Of a DNA stretch of 64,000 nucleotides, positions 18,774 to 28,192 are shown one piece after another. This stretch comes from Candidatus Shapirobacteria bacterium. Its GTDB lineage: Bacteria; Patescibacteriota; Microgenomatia; UM-FILTER-40-11. Location of the stretch: assembly GCA_020059745.1 (NCBI GenBank), contig JAGVBK010000003.1:68492-132491 (forward strand). Reading direction: 5' to 3'. Position numbers and translations under genes: made by a program. The first letter of the stretch is position 1, and every line of letters starts with the position of its first letter. The notes below the pieces were generated by a model, which did no database searches, had not been told where the DNA came from, and worked only from the letters and a program-made list of their open reading frames with translations.

Positions 18774-20274
18774 AATTGCATACAAATATCTTTGGGTTGT
18801 TATCCTTGTTTCTTTCTTTTTTTTGTATTCTTACAAATTAACCGAAGTTCCTCCGGGAATTAACTTTGACGAAGCTTCCATCGGGTATAATGCCGCTTTA
18901 ATTTCAGATGATCTTCATGACGAAAACGGCCGTTTATTGCCGGTTTTTATTCTTACCCTTGACGGAAAAGATTGGAAACAGCCGAGCAATGTTTATTTTG
19001 CCGCTTTAATTTTTAAAATTTTGGGAAAGTCATATTTTAACCTGCGGCTTATCAGCGTTATTTATGCTGTTGTTTCCGGCTTTCTTTTTTATAAGCTTTT
19101 AAGACTTTTTGTTTCCCAGTTTTTAAGTCTAATTGGTTTGGTTTTGTATTTAACCGCTCCTTCGATGATGATTCAAAGCCATCTGGTATTGGAAAATATG
19201 GCCCTGCTTCCTTTTTTTATGGTCTGGCTTTATTTTCTTCTTTCCTATTCGCTTAAGCCAAAACCCTATAAAGCGCTTATTTCGGGGATTTTTTTGGGGA
19301 TTTCTTTTTATTCTTATAAGGGCATGCGGGCAATGGTGCCGGTTTATTTAGTTTTATCAGTTTTTTATTTTCTTTACCTTGATTTTTACCCCCTGCCGGA
19401 TTTAAAAAAAATTAAGGCTCTTTTAATTAAAGCCAAACCTTTGTTTTATTTCTTAATCGGAATTGGTCCTTTTCTTTTGCCTGTAAATTGGTTGAATTCC
19501 CGCTACGCCGGCGCTGTTTATGACCCGCGGGTTTTTATTCCAACTTCTCTTTATGAGTCAGCGCTTATCTATTTTGGCAATTTTGATTTTTCCTTTCTTT
19601 TTGCCAAAGGCGACAGCATGCTGACCCATTCCACCGGCAGGCACGGAATTTTTTTGGGTCCGACCTTTTTTCTTTTTTTTCTTGGGCTTTTTCAGCTGGC
19701 TAAAGAAAAAAAACACCAATACTACTTTGTTTTCCTTACTCTTATCTTAACCCCGGTTCTTTTGATGAGAGTTGGTTCAGTATACCGGGCCAGCCGCTTA
19801 ATGATGTATATTCCTCTGGCGACTTTTATTTTTACTTTGGGAGTAAAAAAAATATTGGAATACAAAACCGCAGTTTTAAAATATGCGCTTTTGTCGGCGG
19901 TGATACTTTCTGTTGGCTTTTTTTATTCTGACTTTTTAAAGCATTATTTTGGGCCTTACCCTAAAAGAATCAGCCAGGACTTTTCTCCAAATTTTAACGA
20001 GGCCTTTAAAAGCTTGGCAGAGCTTTCAAGGGAAACCGGCAAAACTCCTTATGTTGAGTACGACGACTACAACCGCCACTTTACCGACATGCAATTTTTT
20101 AGGGAAGTATTTTTTCCCAAAGAAGACCTTAAAATGTGGCCCAGGGATTTTGATCCTTTTCCTGAAAACGGCTTGGTGCTAACCTCAATCGGCGGAAGCG
20201 GAGAAATAATTAATTACAAAGAAATCCCGGCGCTTGAGTCTGGCCAGCGGACTTTTTTTATTGTCGGCAAATAA
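18760..20274 (+). CDS. ArnT/PMT-family GT-C glycosyltransferase (GT83/GT39-like). This is the divergent member preceding the tandem array.
   Basis: The first extracytoplasmic loop carries the DE motif, NFDEASIGYNA...DENG. There are about 11 TM helices and a soluble C-terminal domain. Confidence 0.7.
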   Translation: MKLLEIAYKYLWVVILVSFFFLYSYKLTEVPPGINFDEASIGYNAALISDDLHDENGRLLPVFILTLDGKDWKQPSNVYFAALIFKILGKSYFNLRLISVIYAVVSGFLFYKLLRLFVSQFLSLIGLVLYLTAPSMMIQSHLVLENMALLPFFMVWLYFLLSYSLKPKPYKALISGIFLGISFYSYKGMRAMVPVYLVLSVFYFLYLDFYPLPDLKKIKALLIKAKPLFYFLIGIGPFLLPVNWLNSRYAGAVYDPRVFIPTSLYESALIYFGNFDFSFLFAKGDSMLTHSTGRHGIFLGPTFFLFFLGLFQLAKEKKHQYYFVFLTLILTPVLLMRVGSVYRASRLMMYIPLATFIFTLGVKKILEYKTAVLKYALLSAVILSVGFFYSDFLKHYFGPYPKRISQDFSPNFNEAFKSLAELSRETGKTPYVEYDDYNRHFTDMQFFREVFFPKEDLKMWPRDFDPFPENGLVLTSIGGSGEIINYKEIPALESGQRTFFIVGK

Positions 20275-21181
20275 CATGAATCTTTCAATTATCATTGTCA
20301 GCTACAACACCAAGGAACTTTTGAGAAAGTGCCTTGAGTCGGTGATCAGGGATCAGTTATCGGGAATCAGTTATCAGGGATCGGTTGTCGGTAAAAACAA
20401 AAAACCGGTAACCGATAACCAATTACCGGTAACCGAAATCATTGTCGTTGACAATGCTTCAAAAGACGGAAGCGTAGAGTACTTAAGGGAGCTAGTAGAT
20501 AATTCACCGACCACCGACCACCGATCACCGATCACTCTCAGGCTGATAGAAAACAAAGAAAATTTTGGTTTTGCCAAAGCGGCAAATCAAGGTATAAGGA
20601 TAGCAAAAGGAGAAAATATTTTGCTTTTAAATTCAGACACAAAGCTTACTGAAAATTCGCTTAAGAGCCTTTTAGAGTTTGCGGAGAAAGTGCAGCCTGC
20701 TGTGATTGGAGCCCAAATGCTAAATCCCGACGGTTCAGTGCAGGGGTCTTGCTTTTTATTGCCAACCGTTAAAAGAGCGATTTTAGAATATTGGTTGGGG
20801 AAAAAAGATTATTTTTCAAAATACTATCCAAAGGGAGATAGGCCGGTTGAGGTTGAGGCGGTTTCCGGAGGAGCGATGCTAGTCTCAAAAGAGATTGTTA
20901 ATGAAGTGGGAATGCTGGACGAGCGGTATTTTATGTATTTTGAAGACCTTGATTTTTGCCGCCGAGCAAGAAAAGCAGGATATAAAATTTATTATCTTCC
21001 TTCCTCAAAGATCATTCACGAGCACGGAGCCAGCGGTAAAAAACTGGCAGAACCGAAAGATCAATGGCGAAGACTTGTTCCTTCAAGCAAGATTTATCAC
21101 GGCAGCTTAAACCATTTTTTAATCACTTTTATTATTTTAAGCGGGCAGAAAATTAGAAAGCTTTTTACAGGCAAAAAATGA
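20234..21181 (+). CDS. Family 2 glycosyltransferase carrying an in-frame heptamer-repeat insertion.
   Basis: Contains LSIIIVSYNTKEL...VVDNASKDGS...RLIENKENFGFAKAAN...LLNSDT. Relative to the 6348 paralog, an insertion of about 30 aa (DQLSGISYQGSVVGKNKKPVTDNQLPVTE) is encoded by a palindromic heptamer array. Confidence 0.8.
   Translation: MSLASGLFLLSANNMNLSIIIVSYNTKELLRKCLESVIRDQLSGISYQGSVVGKNKKPVTDNQLPVTEIIVVDNASKDGSVEYLRELVDNSPTTDHRSPITLRLIENKENFGFAKAANQGIRIAKGENILLLNSDTKLTENSLKSLLEFAEKVQPAVIGAQMLNPDGSVQGSCFLLPTVKRAILEYWLGKKDYFSKYYPKGDRPVEVEAVSGGAMLVSKEIVNEVGMLDERYFMYFEDLDFCRRARKAGYKIYYLPSSKIIHEHGASGKKLAEPKDQWRRLVPSSKIYHGSLNHFLITFIILSGQKIRKLFTGKK
20344..20434. repeat. Array of about 13 degenerate heptamers forming an imperfect palindrome, inside a GT2 CDS.
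   Basis: The units are GATCAGG GATCAGT TATCGGG AATCAGT TATCAGG GATCGGT TGTCGGT AAAAACA AAAAACC GGTAACC GATAACC AATTACC GGTAACC. Left-arm units contain GTTATCGG, and right-arm units contain its complement CCGATAAC. Confidence 0.65.
20505..20535. repeat. Heptamer tandem repeat CACCGA(C/T) with 4.4 units, inside a GT2 CDS.
   Basis: CACCGAC CACCGAC CACCGAT CACCGAT CAC. It is contiguous with the 38-nt tract shared with the 6348 gene. Confidence 0.65.
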
Positions 21182-22956
21182 AAAAAAAGCAAGTTTTTTT
21201 ATTGTTAATTATAATTATTATTGCTTCTGTCCTAAGGTTTTATAAATTAAACCAGTATCCGCCGGCGCTTTTTTCCGATGAGGTTGACTTGGGTTACCAA
21301 GCTTACAGCTTTTTAAAAACAGGAGCCGATTATTTTGGCAATAAATGGCCGGTTTCCTTTCGTTCGTTTGCCGACTTCAGAGCGCCTCTTTATCTTTATT
21401 CTGCAGCCGGAACGATTTCGATTTTTGGTTTAAACGAGTGGGGGGTGAGGCTGCCAGCAGCCATCTACGGGGTGCTTGGGGTAATTGCCTTTTTCTTTTT
21501 GGTTTTACAGATAAGCAAAAACTATAGTTTTTCTTTGCTCGCCTCTTTTATTTTGGCAATTTTGCCTTGGCACATTCATTACTCAAGGGCGGGATTTGAG
21601 GTTTCCGCTTTGTTTTTCTTGCTTTCTCTGGGGCTTTTTTCGTTTTTCAGGTTTTTGGAAAAAAAGAAACTTTTATTTTTGCTTTTTTCGCTTTTTGCTC
21701 TTAGCCTTTGCTTTTATACCTATGCCACTTCAAGGCTTTTTCTGCCTTTGCTTTGTTTTGCTGCCCTTCTAATTTACGGAAAAGAAATTTTTAGTTTTAA
21801 CTTAAAAAAATTATCAGTTTCTTTCTTTGTCTGTTTTATATTTCTTTCCCCTTTTATCAAAGATGCTTTTTGGGGGGAAGGTTTGCACCGTTTTTCTTAT
21901 TTGAATATTTTTTCTGACTCTAACTTGAAGTTTGAAATCGATAGGCAAAGGCTGGTTGACGCAGTTCACAACCGCGAGCAGGTGGTGGGAATGGCTACAC
22001 CTAAATTTGCTTATGTTTTCCACAATAAACCGCTTTCCTGGGCCACAACAATAGTGAGAAGCTTCATTTCCAGTTTTTCTTTTGATTTTCTTTTTCTTAA
22101 AGGCGATCCCAACCTAAGGCACGGAATTGGAAAAATGGGAGGAGTGCTGATTGTATTTTTGCCGTTTTTGCTTTTAGGGCTCTTTAAAGTTTTTGAAACA
22201 CTAAAAGCAGGGAAGGGTTCTTTATTATCAGCTAAAGAAAGCCTTTTCTTTTTATCCTTTCTTTTTTTAGCCCCTCTTCCTTCATCAATTACCTACGACG
22301 GCGGAACTCACGCCACCAGGCTCTTTTTTATGGTTTTGCCTTTGTCATTACTTGTTGCCTTAGGAATTTGGGAGTTTTTTACCTGGATAAAGAAAGCTAA
22401 AATAAGAAACGCACTAATAGTTTTTACTGGATTTCTTCTCTCAATTAATTTAGTTAACTACCTGCACTTTTACTATTATCATTACCCGCTTGAGTCAGAA
22501 CGCTTATGGCATTATGGATTTAAGGAAGGGATTACTAAGCTTAATAAGCTCTCAGAAAGCTATGACAAGGTTATTTTAAGCAGTTCATACGAACCGCCCA
22601 TGATTTTCTTTTTATTTTGGTCAAAGCATGAGCCTTCTTTGTTTAAGGCTAAAGACTACCAGTATTTTAGCAATGATTGGTTTGAAGGAAAGCAAATTGG
22701 AAAATATTATTTTGGCAAGCTAAAAAGCAGTTTTCTTGATCAGTATTTAACTTCCCAGTTAAAAGAGGAAAACTTGGAGAAAATTTTAATTTTGGCTGGG
22801 AGAAACGACTTTGGCAGTGACCTAAATCACAAGATCCCTTCGCTTTTAAGCGCTGTCGACAAGGTTAATCTTCCCTCAAAAGAGCCAATTCTTTTTTTAC
22901 TGAGAACAAAAACTTATGAAGAATTGGAAAAAGAAAGAGTAGAATTAGTTAAATGA
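21178..22956 (+). CDS. ArnT/PMT-family GT-C glycosyltransferase; array paralog 1.
   Basis: Conserved motifs are FSDEVDLGYQAYSFLKTGADYFGNKWP, FGLNEWGVRLPAA and LPWHIHYSR. It has a GT-C TM core plus a C-terminal domain of about 170 aa. Confidence 0.8.
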   Translation: MKKKQVFLLLIIIIIASVLRFYKLNQYPPALFSDEVDLGYQAYSFLKTGADYFGNKWPVSFRSFADFRAPLYLYSAAGTISIFGLNEWGVRLPAAIYGVLGVIAFFFLVLQISKNYSFSLLASFILAILPWHIHYSRAGFEVSALFFLLSLGLFSFFRFLEKKKLLFLLFSLFALSLCFYTYATSRLFLPLLCFAALLIYGKEIFSFNLKKLSVSFFVCFIFLSPFIKDAFWGEGLHRFSYLNIFSDSNLKFEIDRQRLVDAVHNREQVVGMATPKFAYVFHNKPLSWATTIVRSFISSFSFDFLFLKGDPNLRHGIGKMGGVLIVFLPFLLLGLFKVFETLKAGKGSLLSAKESLFFLSFLFLAPLPSSITYDGGTHATRLFFMVLPLSLLVALGIWEFFTWIKKAKIRNALIVFTGFLLSINLVNYLHFYYYHYPLESERLWHYGFKEGITKLNKLSESYDKVILSSSYEPPMIFFLFWSKHEPSLFKAKDYQYFSNDWFEGKQIGKYYFGKLKSSFLDQYLTSQLKEENLEKILILAGRNDFGSDLNHKIPSLLSAVDKVNLPSKEPILFLLRTKTYEELEKERVELVK

Positions 22957-24215
22957 AAAAGATTATATTATTTGCTTTGATTGTCAGGCTGATTTTTATC
23001 TTTGGCCATTATCACCCTGATTTGGGCAATCATCTTGATTGGGGGAACAGGCTTTGGGAATATGGTGCAAAAAATTTCTATGGAAGTAGCGTGTGGACGG
23101 TTTCCTGGCCTAACCAGCCACCGGGAACAATGTACCTTTGGGGATTATTAAGTAAGGTTAATCAGGGAATCTTTAATGTTTTTTGGTATGTAAACTTAAA
23201 TATTCCTGCCTTTCCATCTTTCATTATCCCTTTTTTGGAAAAAAGTTTACATCCGGCTTTAGTAAAATTGCCTTCAGTTCTGGCTGAACTTGGCATTGGC
23301 TGGCTTATTTATCAGTTTCTTTTACACTTTGGTTTGAAAAAAAAGAAAGCCTTGTCTGGAGCTGCTCTTTTTTTATTTAACCCGGTAATAGTTTACAATT
23401 CCGCAGTTTGGGGGCAGACCGATGGGGTGGTAAACTTTTTTGCACTATTTGCATTCTTTTTAACCCTGAAAAAGAAATATTTATGGGGAATTTTGGCTTT
23501 TATGTTTTCAATATATGTAAAACTGTCTTTGATAATCTTTTTACCTCTGTTTTTGTTGCTTCTCTGGAGGGAAAAAGTCCCGGTTGCAAAAATTATTTTG
23601 AATTTTACCTTATCTTTTTTATTTATTGTCTTGATCAGCCTGCCTTTCACTCATGGCAACCCTGTTCTTTGGTTAAAGGGCCTTTATCAGGCCCGGATTA
23701 TTGGAGGCCAGGGGAATATGCTTACTGCCAATGCCTTTAATCTTTGGGCAATTATTTTTGGAATTGATCTTTCCAGACCCGATGTAGGTACTTTTTTAAA
23801 TTTGAGTTATAAAATTTGGGGAATAATCCTTTTTTCGCTTGGCTTTGTGGCTACTATTTTCAAATTTGAAAAAAATAAATTTAATAATCAAAGCTTTTTC
23901 TTTAGTCTCGCCCTGGTTTCCTTTTTTTCTTTTATGTTTTTAACTAACATGCATGAAAGATACCTATATCCTGCTTTTCCTTATCTTGCTCTGCTTACTG
24001 CCTGGGGTTTTTTGCCCTTGGCGATTTACATAACTATCTCGGTTATTCATTTATTAAATCTTTACAATCTTTGGTTTTATCCAGACATTGGTTTTGGGGT
24101 AAGCTTTTTAAATTGGCTGCCAAGTGTTAAAATTCTTTCGTTAATTCTTCTTTTAATGAACTTTTATATTATCTACCGATTTTATTCATTGAATCAGTCA
24201 AAAAAAGGGGAGTAA
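22953..24215 (+). CDS. GT-C-fold polytopic membrane protein (DUF2029/PIG-V-like); paralog of the 17514 gene.
   Basis: 420 aa and multi-TM with a C-terminal MHERYLY motif. It is interleaved within the ArnT-like array. Confidence 0.45.
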   Translation: MKKIILFALIVRLIFIFGHYHPDLGNHLDWGNRLWEYGAKNFYGSSVWTVSWPNQPPGTMYLWGLLSKVNQGIFNVFWYVNLNIPAFPSFIIPFLEKSLHPALVKLPSVLAELGIGWLIYQFLLHFGLKKKKALSGAALFLFNPVIVYNSAVWGQTDGVVNFFALFAFFLTLKKKYLWGILAFMFSIYVKLSLIIFLPLFLLLLWREKVPVAKIILNFTLSFLFIVLISLPFTHGNPVLWLKGLYQARIIGGQGNMLTANAFNLWAIIFGIDLSRPDVGTFLNLSYKIWGIILFSLGFVATIFKFEKNKFNNQSFFFSLALVSFFSFMFLTNMHERYLYPAFPYLALLTAWGFLPLAIYITISVIHLLNLYNLWFYPDIGFGVSFLNWLPSVKILSLILLLMNFYIIYRFYSLNQSKKGE

Positions 24216-25873
24216 TGAAAAGATATTTAAATTCCGTATTTCTTGCCTTAATTATCTTTTTATCTTTTTTCCTAAGAATTTACCGCTTGGATAATTTGGA
24301 GCTTTTTGGAGATGAAATTGATGTCGGCTACCAAGCCTATTCGGTTTTAAAAACAGCCAGAGACTACCGGGGCAATTTTCTTCCTTTTTATATGGAATCT
24401 TTTTCTGAATCAAGGGCCCCTCTTTTTTTGTATAGCGCTGTCCCTTTTATCAAGATTTTCGGTTTAAATGAATGGGGAGTTAGGCTGCCGGCAGTTTTTT
24501 GGGGGGTTTTGGGAATTGTCTTTTTGTATCTTTTGGTAAAGCTTTTATTTAAAGATTCAAAAACTGCTTTAATTTCTTCCTTGTTGCTGTCAGTTTCGTA
24601 CTGGCACCTTCATTATTCAAGAGCAGCTTTTGAGGTGACCTTACTTTTGTTTTTAGTGCTTTCCGGAACTTATTTTTTCCTTAAAGGAGAAAAAAGGAGA
24701 GTTTTTTATTATTTTTCTGCCTTTTGTTTTGCGCTTTCTTTTTATACCTACAATACTGCAAATGTTTTTGTTCCTTTGTGGGGCCTTTCCCTGGTTATCT
24801 TGAGCCTAAAGGAAACAAAAAAACTTAAGCCACTGCTTCTTCCCGGTTTTGTCTTTTTTTTAGCTGTTTTACCTTTAGGTTTTAAAGTGCTTAATGGCCA
24901 GGCATCCGACCGTTTTTCAAAAATAAGCATATTTTCCGACCCTGCATCAATTAACTGGATCATTAAAAAACGAAGCAGTGGCGATAACTCCTTGAAAGAA
25001 AGATTTTTTTATAATAAGTTAACACGATTTAGTTACAAATTTGGGGAAAATTACTTAACTTCTTTTTCTCCCCAGTTCCTTTTTATCTCCGGCGACCCCA
25101 ATCCCAGACACTCCGTTCCTGGTTTTGGAATGTTTCCGTGGGCTTTTTTGCCGCTACTCCTTTTGGGGATATATTTTTCCCTGAAAAAATTTGACCAAAA
25201 AGAGCATAAGTTTTTATGGTTGTGGTTAGCTTTTTCCCCTCTTGCTTCTGCCCTCACCGCCGAGGGAGGCAATCAAGCCACGCGGCTTTTTCTTATGCTG
25301 CCTGCTTTTGTGGTTCTTATGGCCTTAGGGGTAAAACAGGCTCTTAGCCTCAAGTTTGGAAAAGTGTTAGTGCTTGGTTTTGCCATGCTTTTAATTTTTA
25401 ACATCTTTTCCTATTTTCATGAGCTTTTTTCTCATTATTCAAAAGACCAATTTAAGTACTGGCATTATGGCTATAAAGAAATAACCCTTGCTCTTAAAGA
25501 AAGCGATTGCCGTAGGGTTTACATTAACAATAACCATGAGCCCTTTTTGCCCCGCTACCTTTTTTGGATGAAGAAAGATCCGGCCTGGTTTCAGAAAAAG
25601 TTTGAAGGAGACCAGGGAAATCAGGATATTGGCGAAAACTTTTCCGGTTTCAAGTTGGAAGAAAGCTTTTTTGGCAGGGTGAAGGAAGATGATAAGCTTT
25701 TGGCGATAAAACAAATATTAGAAGAAAAAGATACTTGTTTGATCGCTTTTCAGAAAGACGAAATTCCGGGTGATTGGAATCTTAAAGAAAGCAAACACGA
25801 GGGAATAAATGTTTTAAAGCTGGTAAAGAACCCCTTGGGAGAACCCTATATTTACCTTCTTAAGGGCGACTGA
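24215..25873 (+). CDS. ArnT/PMT-family GT-C glycosyltransferase; array paralog 2.
   Basis: Contains FGDEIDVGYQAYSVLKTARDYRGNFLP, FGLNEWGVRLPAV and SYWHLHYSR. The C-terminal domain has WHYGYKE. Confidence 0.8.
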   Translation: MKRYLNSVFLALIIFLSFFLRIYRLDNLELFGDEIDVGYQAYSVLKTARDYRGNFLPFYMESFSESRAPLFLYSAVPFIKIFGLNEWGVRLPAVFWGVLGIVFLYLLVKLLFKDSKTALISSLLLSVSYWHLHYSRAAFEVTLLLFLVLSGTYFFLKGEKRRVFYYFSAFCFALSFYTYNTANVFVPLWGLSLVILSLKETKKLKPLLLPGFVFFLAVLPLGFKVLNGQASDRFSKISIFSDPASINWIIKKRSSGDNSLKERFFYNKLTRFSYKFGENYLTSFSPQFLFISGDPNPRHSVPGFGMFPWAFLPLLLLGIYFSLKKFDQKEHKFLWLWLAFSPLASALTAEGGNQATRLFLMLPAFVVLMALGVKQALSLKFGKVLVLGFAMLLIFNIFSYFHELFSHYSKDQFKYWHYGYKEITLALKESDCRRVYINNNHEPFLPRYLFWMKKDPAWFQKKFEGDQGNQDIGENFSGFKLEESFFGRVKEDDKLLAIKQILEEKDTCLIAFQKDEIPGDWNLKESKHEGINVLKLVKNPLGEPYIYLLKGD

Positions 25874-26511
25874 TGACAAAAAAAGTTACCGCTATTTTTC
25901 TTGCTTTGGTTTTTATCTCTCCTTGGTTTTGGCTGTTTGTCCGGAGCCCGGGAGCCTTAATTCCCCGAAAAGAGGATCTGTATCAAAGAAATACTCATGA
26001 GTTTATTAGTGAAGTTAACTCCTTTCAAAGCGAAAGCAGGAAACAAAACATAGGGTTATGGGGAAAAATTATTGTGAACAAGGCAACATTCTTGTTTAAG
26101 GATGCAATTACCCGTTATAGCGAGTCTTTTGACTTTCATTTTCTTTTTATTGAAGGTGATTTGGATGTTAAAAAAACCACCAGGGCTTCAGGCCCTCTTT
26201 ACCTTTCATTCTTGCCCTTCATTGCTTACGGTTTTGCTCTTTGCTTTAAAAAAAAGGATTATTGGCCGATTTTTTTTGTTTTTATTTCACCGGCTTTGGC
26301 TGCTTTTTTTAATCAACACTATGAAACCCTGTCCAGAATACCCTTTATTCTTAGCTTGACTGCACTTGCCGCCATGGGAATAAATGCCTTTTCAAAGCTT
26401 AAAGGCTACTTTTTTTTGAAATCAGTTTTTATTTTTTTTCTCATTTTTGAATTTTTAAGGTTTGTTCATTATTACTTTATGCACCACCCGTATCTTTTGC
26501 TAAAAAGATGA
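25873..26511 (+). pseudogene. Internal fragment of an ArnT/PMT-family paralog. Both the N-terminal catalytic loop and the C-terminal domain are missing.
   Basis: The 212-aa ORF aligns only to the central TM region of the neighbouring paralogs: FDFHFLFIEGDLD in the fragment versus FSPQFLFISGDPNPRH and FSPKFLFIEGPKDDRQR in full-length copies. It lacks the DE loop, the SPWH box and the W.YGYKE C-terminal domain. Confidence 0.55.
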
Positions 26512-28169
26512 AAACCAGCTTGAAATTTTCATTGCTTTTAATTTTTTTATTAGCTTTGGGAATGCGCTTTTATAAAATAAGCAAAGTTCCAGCCTCGCTA
26601 AATTGGGATGAGGCAGCCTTTGCTTATAATGCTTACTCAATTCTAGAAACAGGAAAAGATGAGTATGGCTACAGTTTTCCTCTTGAATTTAAGTCTGTGG
26701 GAGATTATAAATGTCCTTTGTTTGTTTATCTCTCTGTTCCGGTAATCAAATACCTTGGTCTTAATGAATTTTCCATCAGGTTTCTTTCCTCTTTTTTTGG
26801 TGCTTTAACTGTTGTAGTTTTCTTTATGCTGGTTAAGGAGCTTTTTAATGATGACCGTTTATCGGTTTTGTCTGGAATTATCCTTTCAATTTCTCCTTGG
26901 CACCTGCAGTTTACCCGGGCTCAGGGGGATGTTGCCATAAGCTCTTTTTTGGTTATTTTAGGTATTTGGCAGTTTTTGGCTTGGGTTAAGGGTGGCAAAA
27001 AAGCTTCAATTTTTGTTTCCATTGCCAGTTTTGCTTTAAGCTTCTATGCATATTTTTCCGAGAGATTTTTTGTTCCGGTTTTAGCCTTGCTGTTTGTATT
27101 TATTTTTAGAAAAGAAATTTTAGAAAAAAGAAAGACTCTTGTGCCAGCTTCTTTTTTGGGTCTTGTTTTGCTTTTTCCTTTGATTTCAACCATGGTTTCG
27201 TCAGGCCAAAAAAGTAAGATTCTAATGACAACCATTTTTGGCTACCGCAGACCCGCAGAATATCTTAGTAGGATGCTTTACGAAGACCATTTCCCGATTC
27301 TTTTTAAAGTTTTTCACCACCCTTTGGTTGAATATCCCTGGATGACGGTTGACCGTTATTTAAATCATTTTTCTCCAAAATTCCTTTTTATTGAGGGGCC
27401 GAAGGATGACCGGCAGAGAATTGAAGGCATGGGTATGCTTTACTGGTCAGACGCAGTTTTGCTTGTCTTGGCATTGGCCTCAATTGCGGGGGGAATAAAA
27501 AAAAGAAAAGAGCTTTTCTTTGTTATGGGTTGGCTTTCAATTTCGCCTTTGCCCTCAATTATTACCAGGGACCCGGTTCACGCCAGAAGAGCTTTTAATA
27601 TGGTTTATCCTCTTTGCATTATTCTCGCTATAGGGATGGTTAAGTTTATTGACCTTGTTAGACAAAAAAAAGGTCTTATAAAAATCTTTCTTTCTTCTTT
27701 CTTTTTTCTTCTTTTTGCCTGGTCTTTTTCTTTCTACCTTTTAAGCTACTATGTTTTTACTCCACCCAGGACAGCTGCCGGTCCCGGAGGGTGGAATTAC
27801 GGCTATAAAGAGTTAGTGGAATATGTTTCTCCTTTAAAAGAAAACTATAACAAAGTAGTGATAGATACCAGCTACCAAGGCCCTTATTTGTTTTTTTTAT
27901 TTTATGAAAAATATCCTCCTTTGAAATATCAACCTCAAGCCCAATTGGTTAAGAAAAATGAGTTTTCACTAGGGGAGGGAAAAGGCTATGACAGCTACGA
28001 GTTCAGAGACATTTACTGGCCCAAAGACCGAGGGCTGAAAAACACTTTGTTTGCCGGCTCTCCCGAGCGGTTGCCTTTGCAGGATATTGACCCCAAAGAA
28101 GCAAGAATTATAAAGAAAATTTATTTTCCCGACGGCAGGGAAGCATTTTATGTGGTTGAGACTTTTTAG
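26508..28169 (+). CDS. ArnT/PMT-family GT-C glycosyltransferase; array paralog 3.
   Basis: Contains NWDEAAFAYNAYSILETGKDEYGYSFP, LGLNEFSIRFLSS and SPWHLQFTR. The C-terminal domain has WNYGYKE. Confidence 0.8.
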   Translation: MKTSLKFSLLLIFLLALGMRFYKISKVPASLNWDEAAFAYNAYSILETGKDEYGYSFPLEFKSVGDYKCPLFVYLSVPVIKYLGLNEFSIRFLSSFFGALTVVVFFMLVKELFNDDRLSVLSGIILSISPWHLQFTRAQGDVAISSFLVILGIWQFLAWVKGGKKASIFVSIASFALSFYAYFSERFFVPVLALLFVFIFRKEILEKRKTLVPASFLGLVLLFPLISTMVSSGQKSKILMTTIFGYRRPAEYLSRMLYEDHFPILFKVFHHPLVEYPWMTVDRYLNHFSPKFLFIEGPKDDRQRIEGMGMLYWSDAVLLVLALASIAGGIKKRKELFFVMGWLSISPLPSIITRDPVHARRAFNMVYPLCIILAIGMVKFIDLVRQKKGLIKIFLSSFFFLLFAWSFSFYLLSYYVFTPPRTAAGPGGWNYGYKELVEYVSPLKENYNKVVIDTSYQGPYLFFLFYEKYPPLKYQPQAQLVKKNEFSLGEGKGYDSYEFRDIYWPKDRGLKNTLFAGSPERLPLQDIDPKEARIIKKIYFPDGREAFYVVETF

Positions 28170-28192
28170 TTTTATAATGGTATAAGAAAAAA

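Noticed and set aside
20344-20434. Possible CRISPR array or other spacer-containing repeat, suggested by the regular periodicity.
   Set aside because: The unit is only 7 nt with no spacers. It lies in-frame inside a CDS, and there are no cas genes in the window.
28150-28192. An internal promoter ahead of the GTG-initiated paralog at 28193, based on TATAAT at 28173-28178.
   Set aside because: The only -35-like hexamer (TTGAGA at 28156-28161) is 11 nt away, which is too close. A lone TATAAT in AT-rich DNA is not convincing, so I did not list it as a feature.
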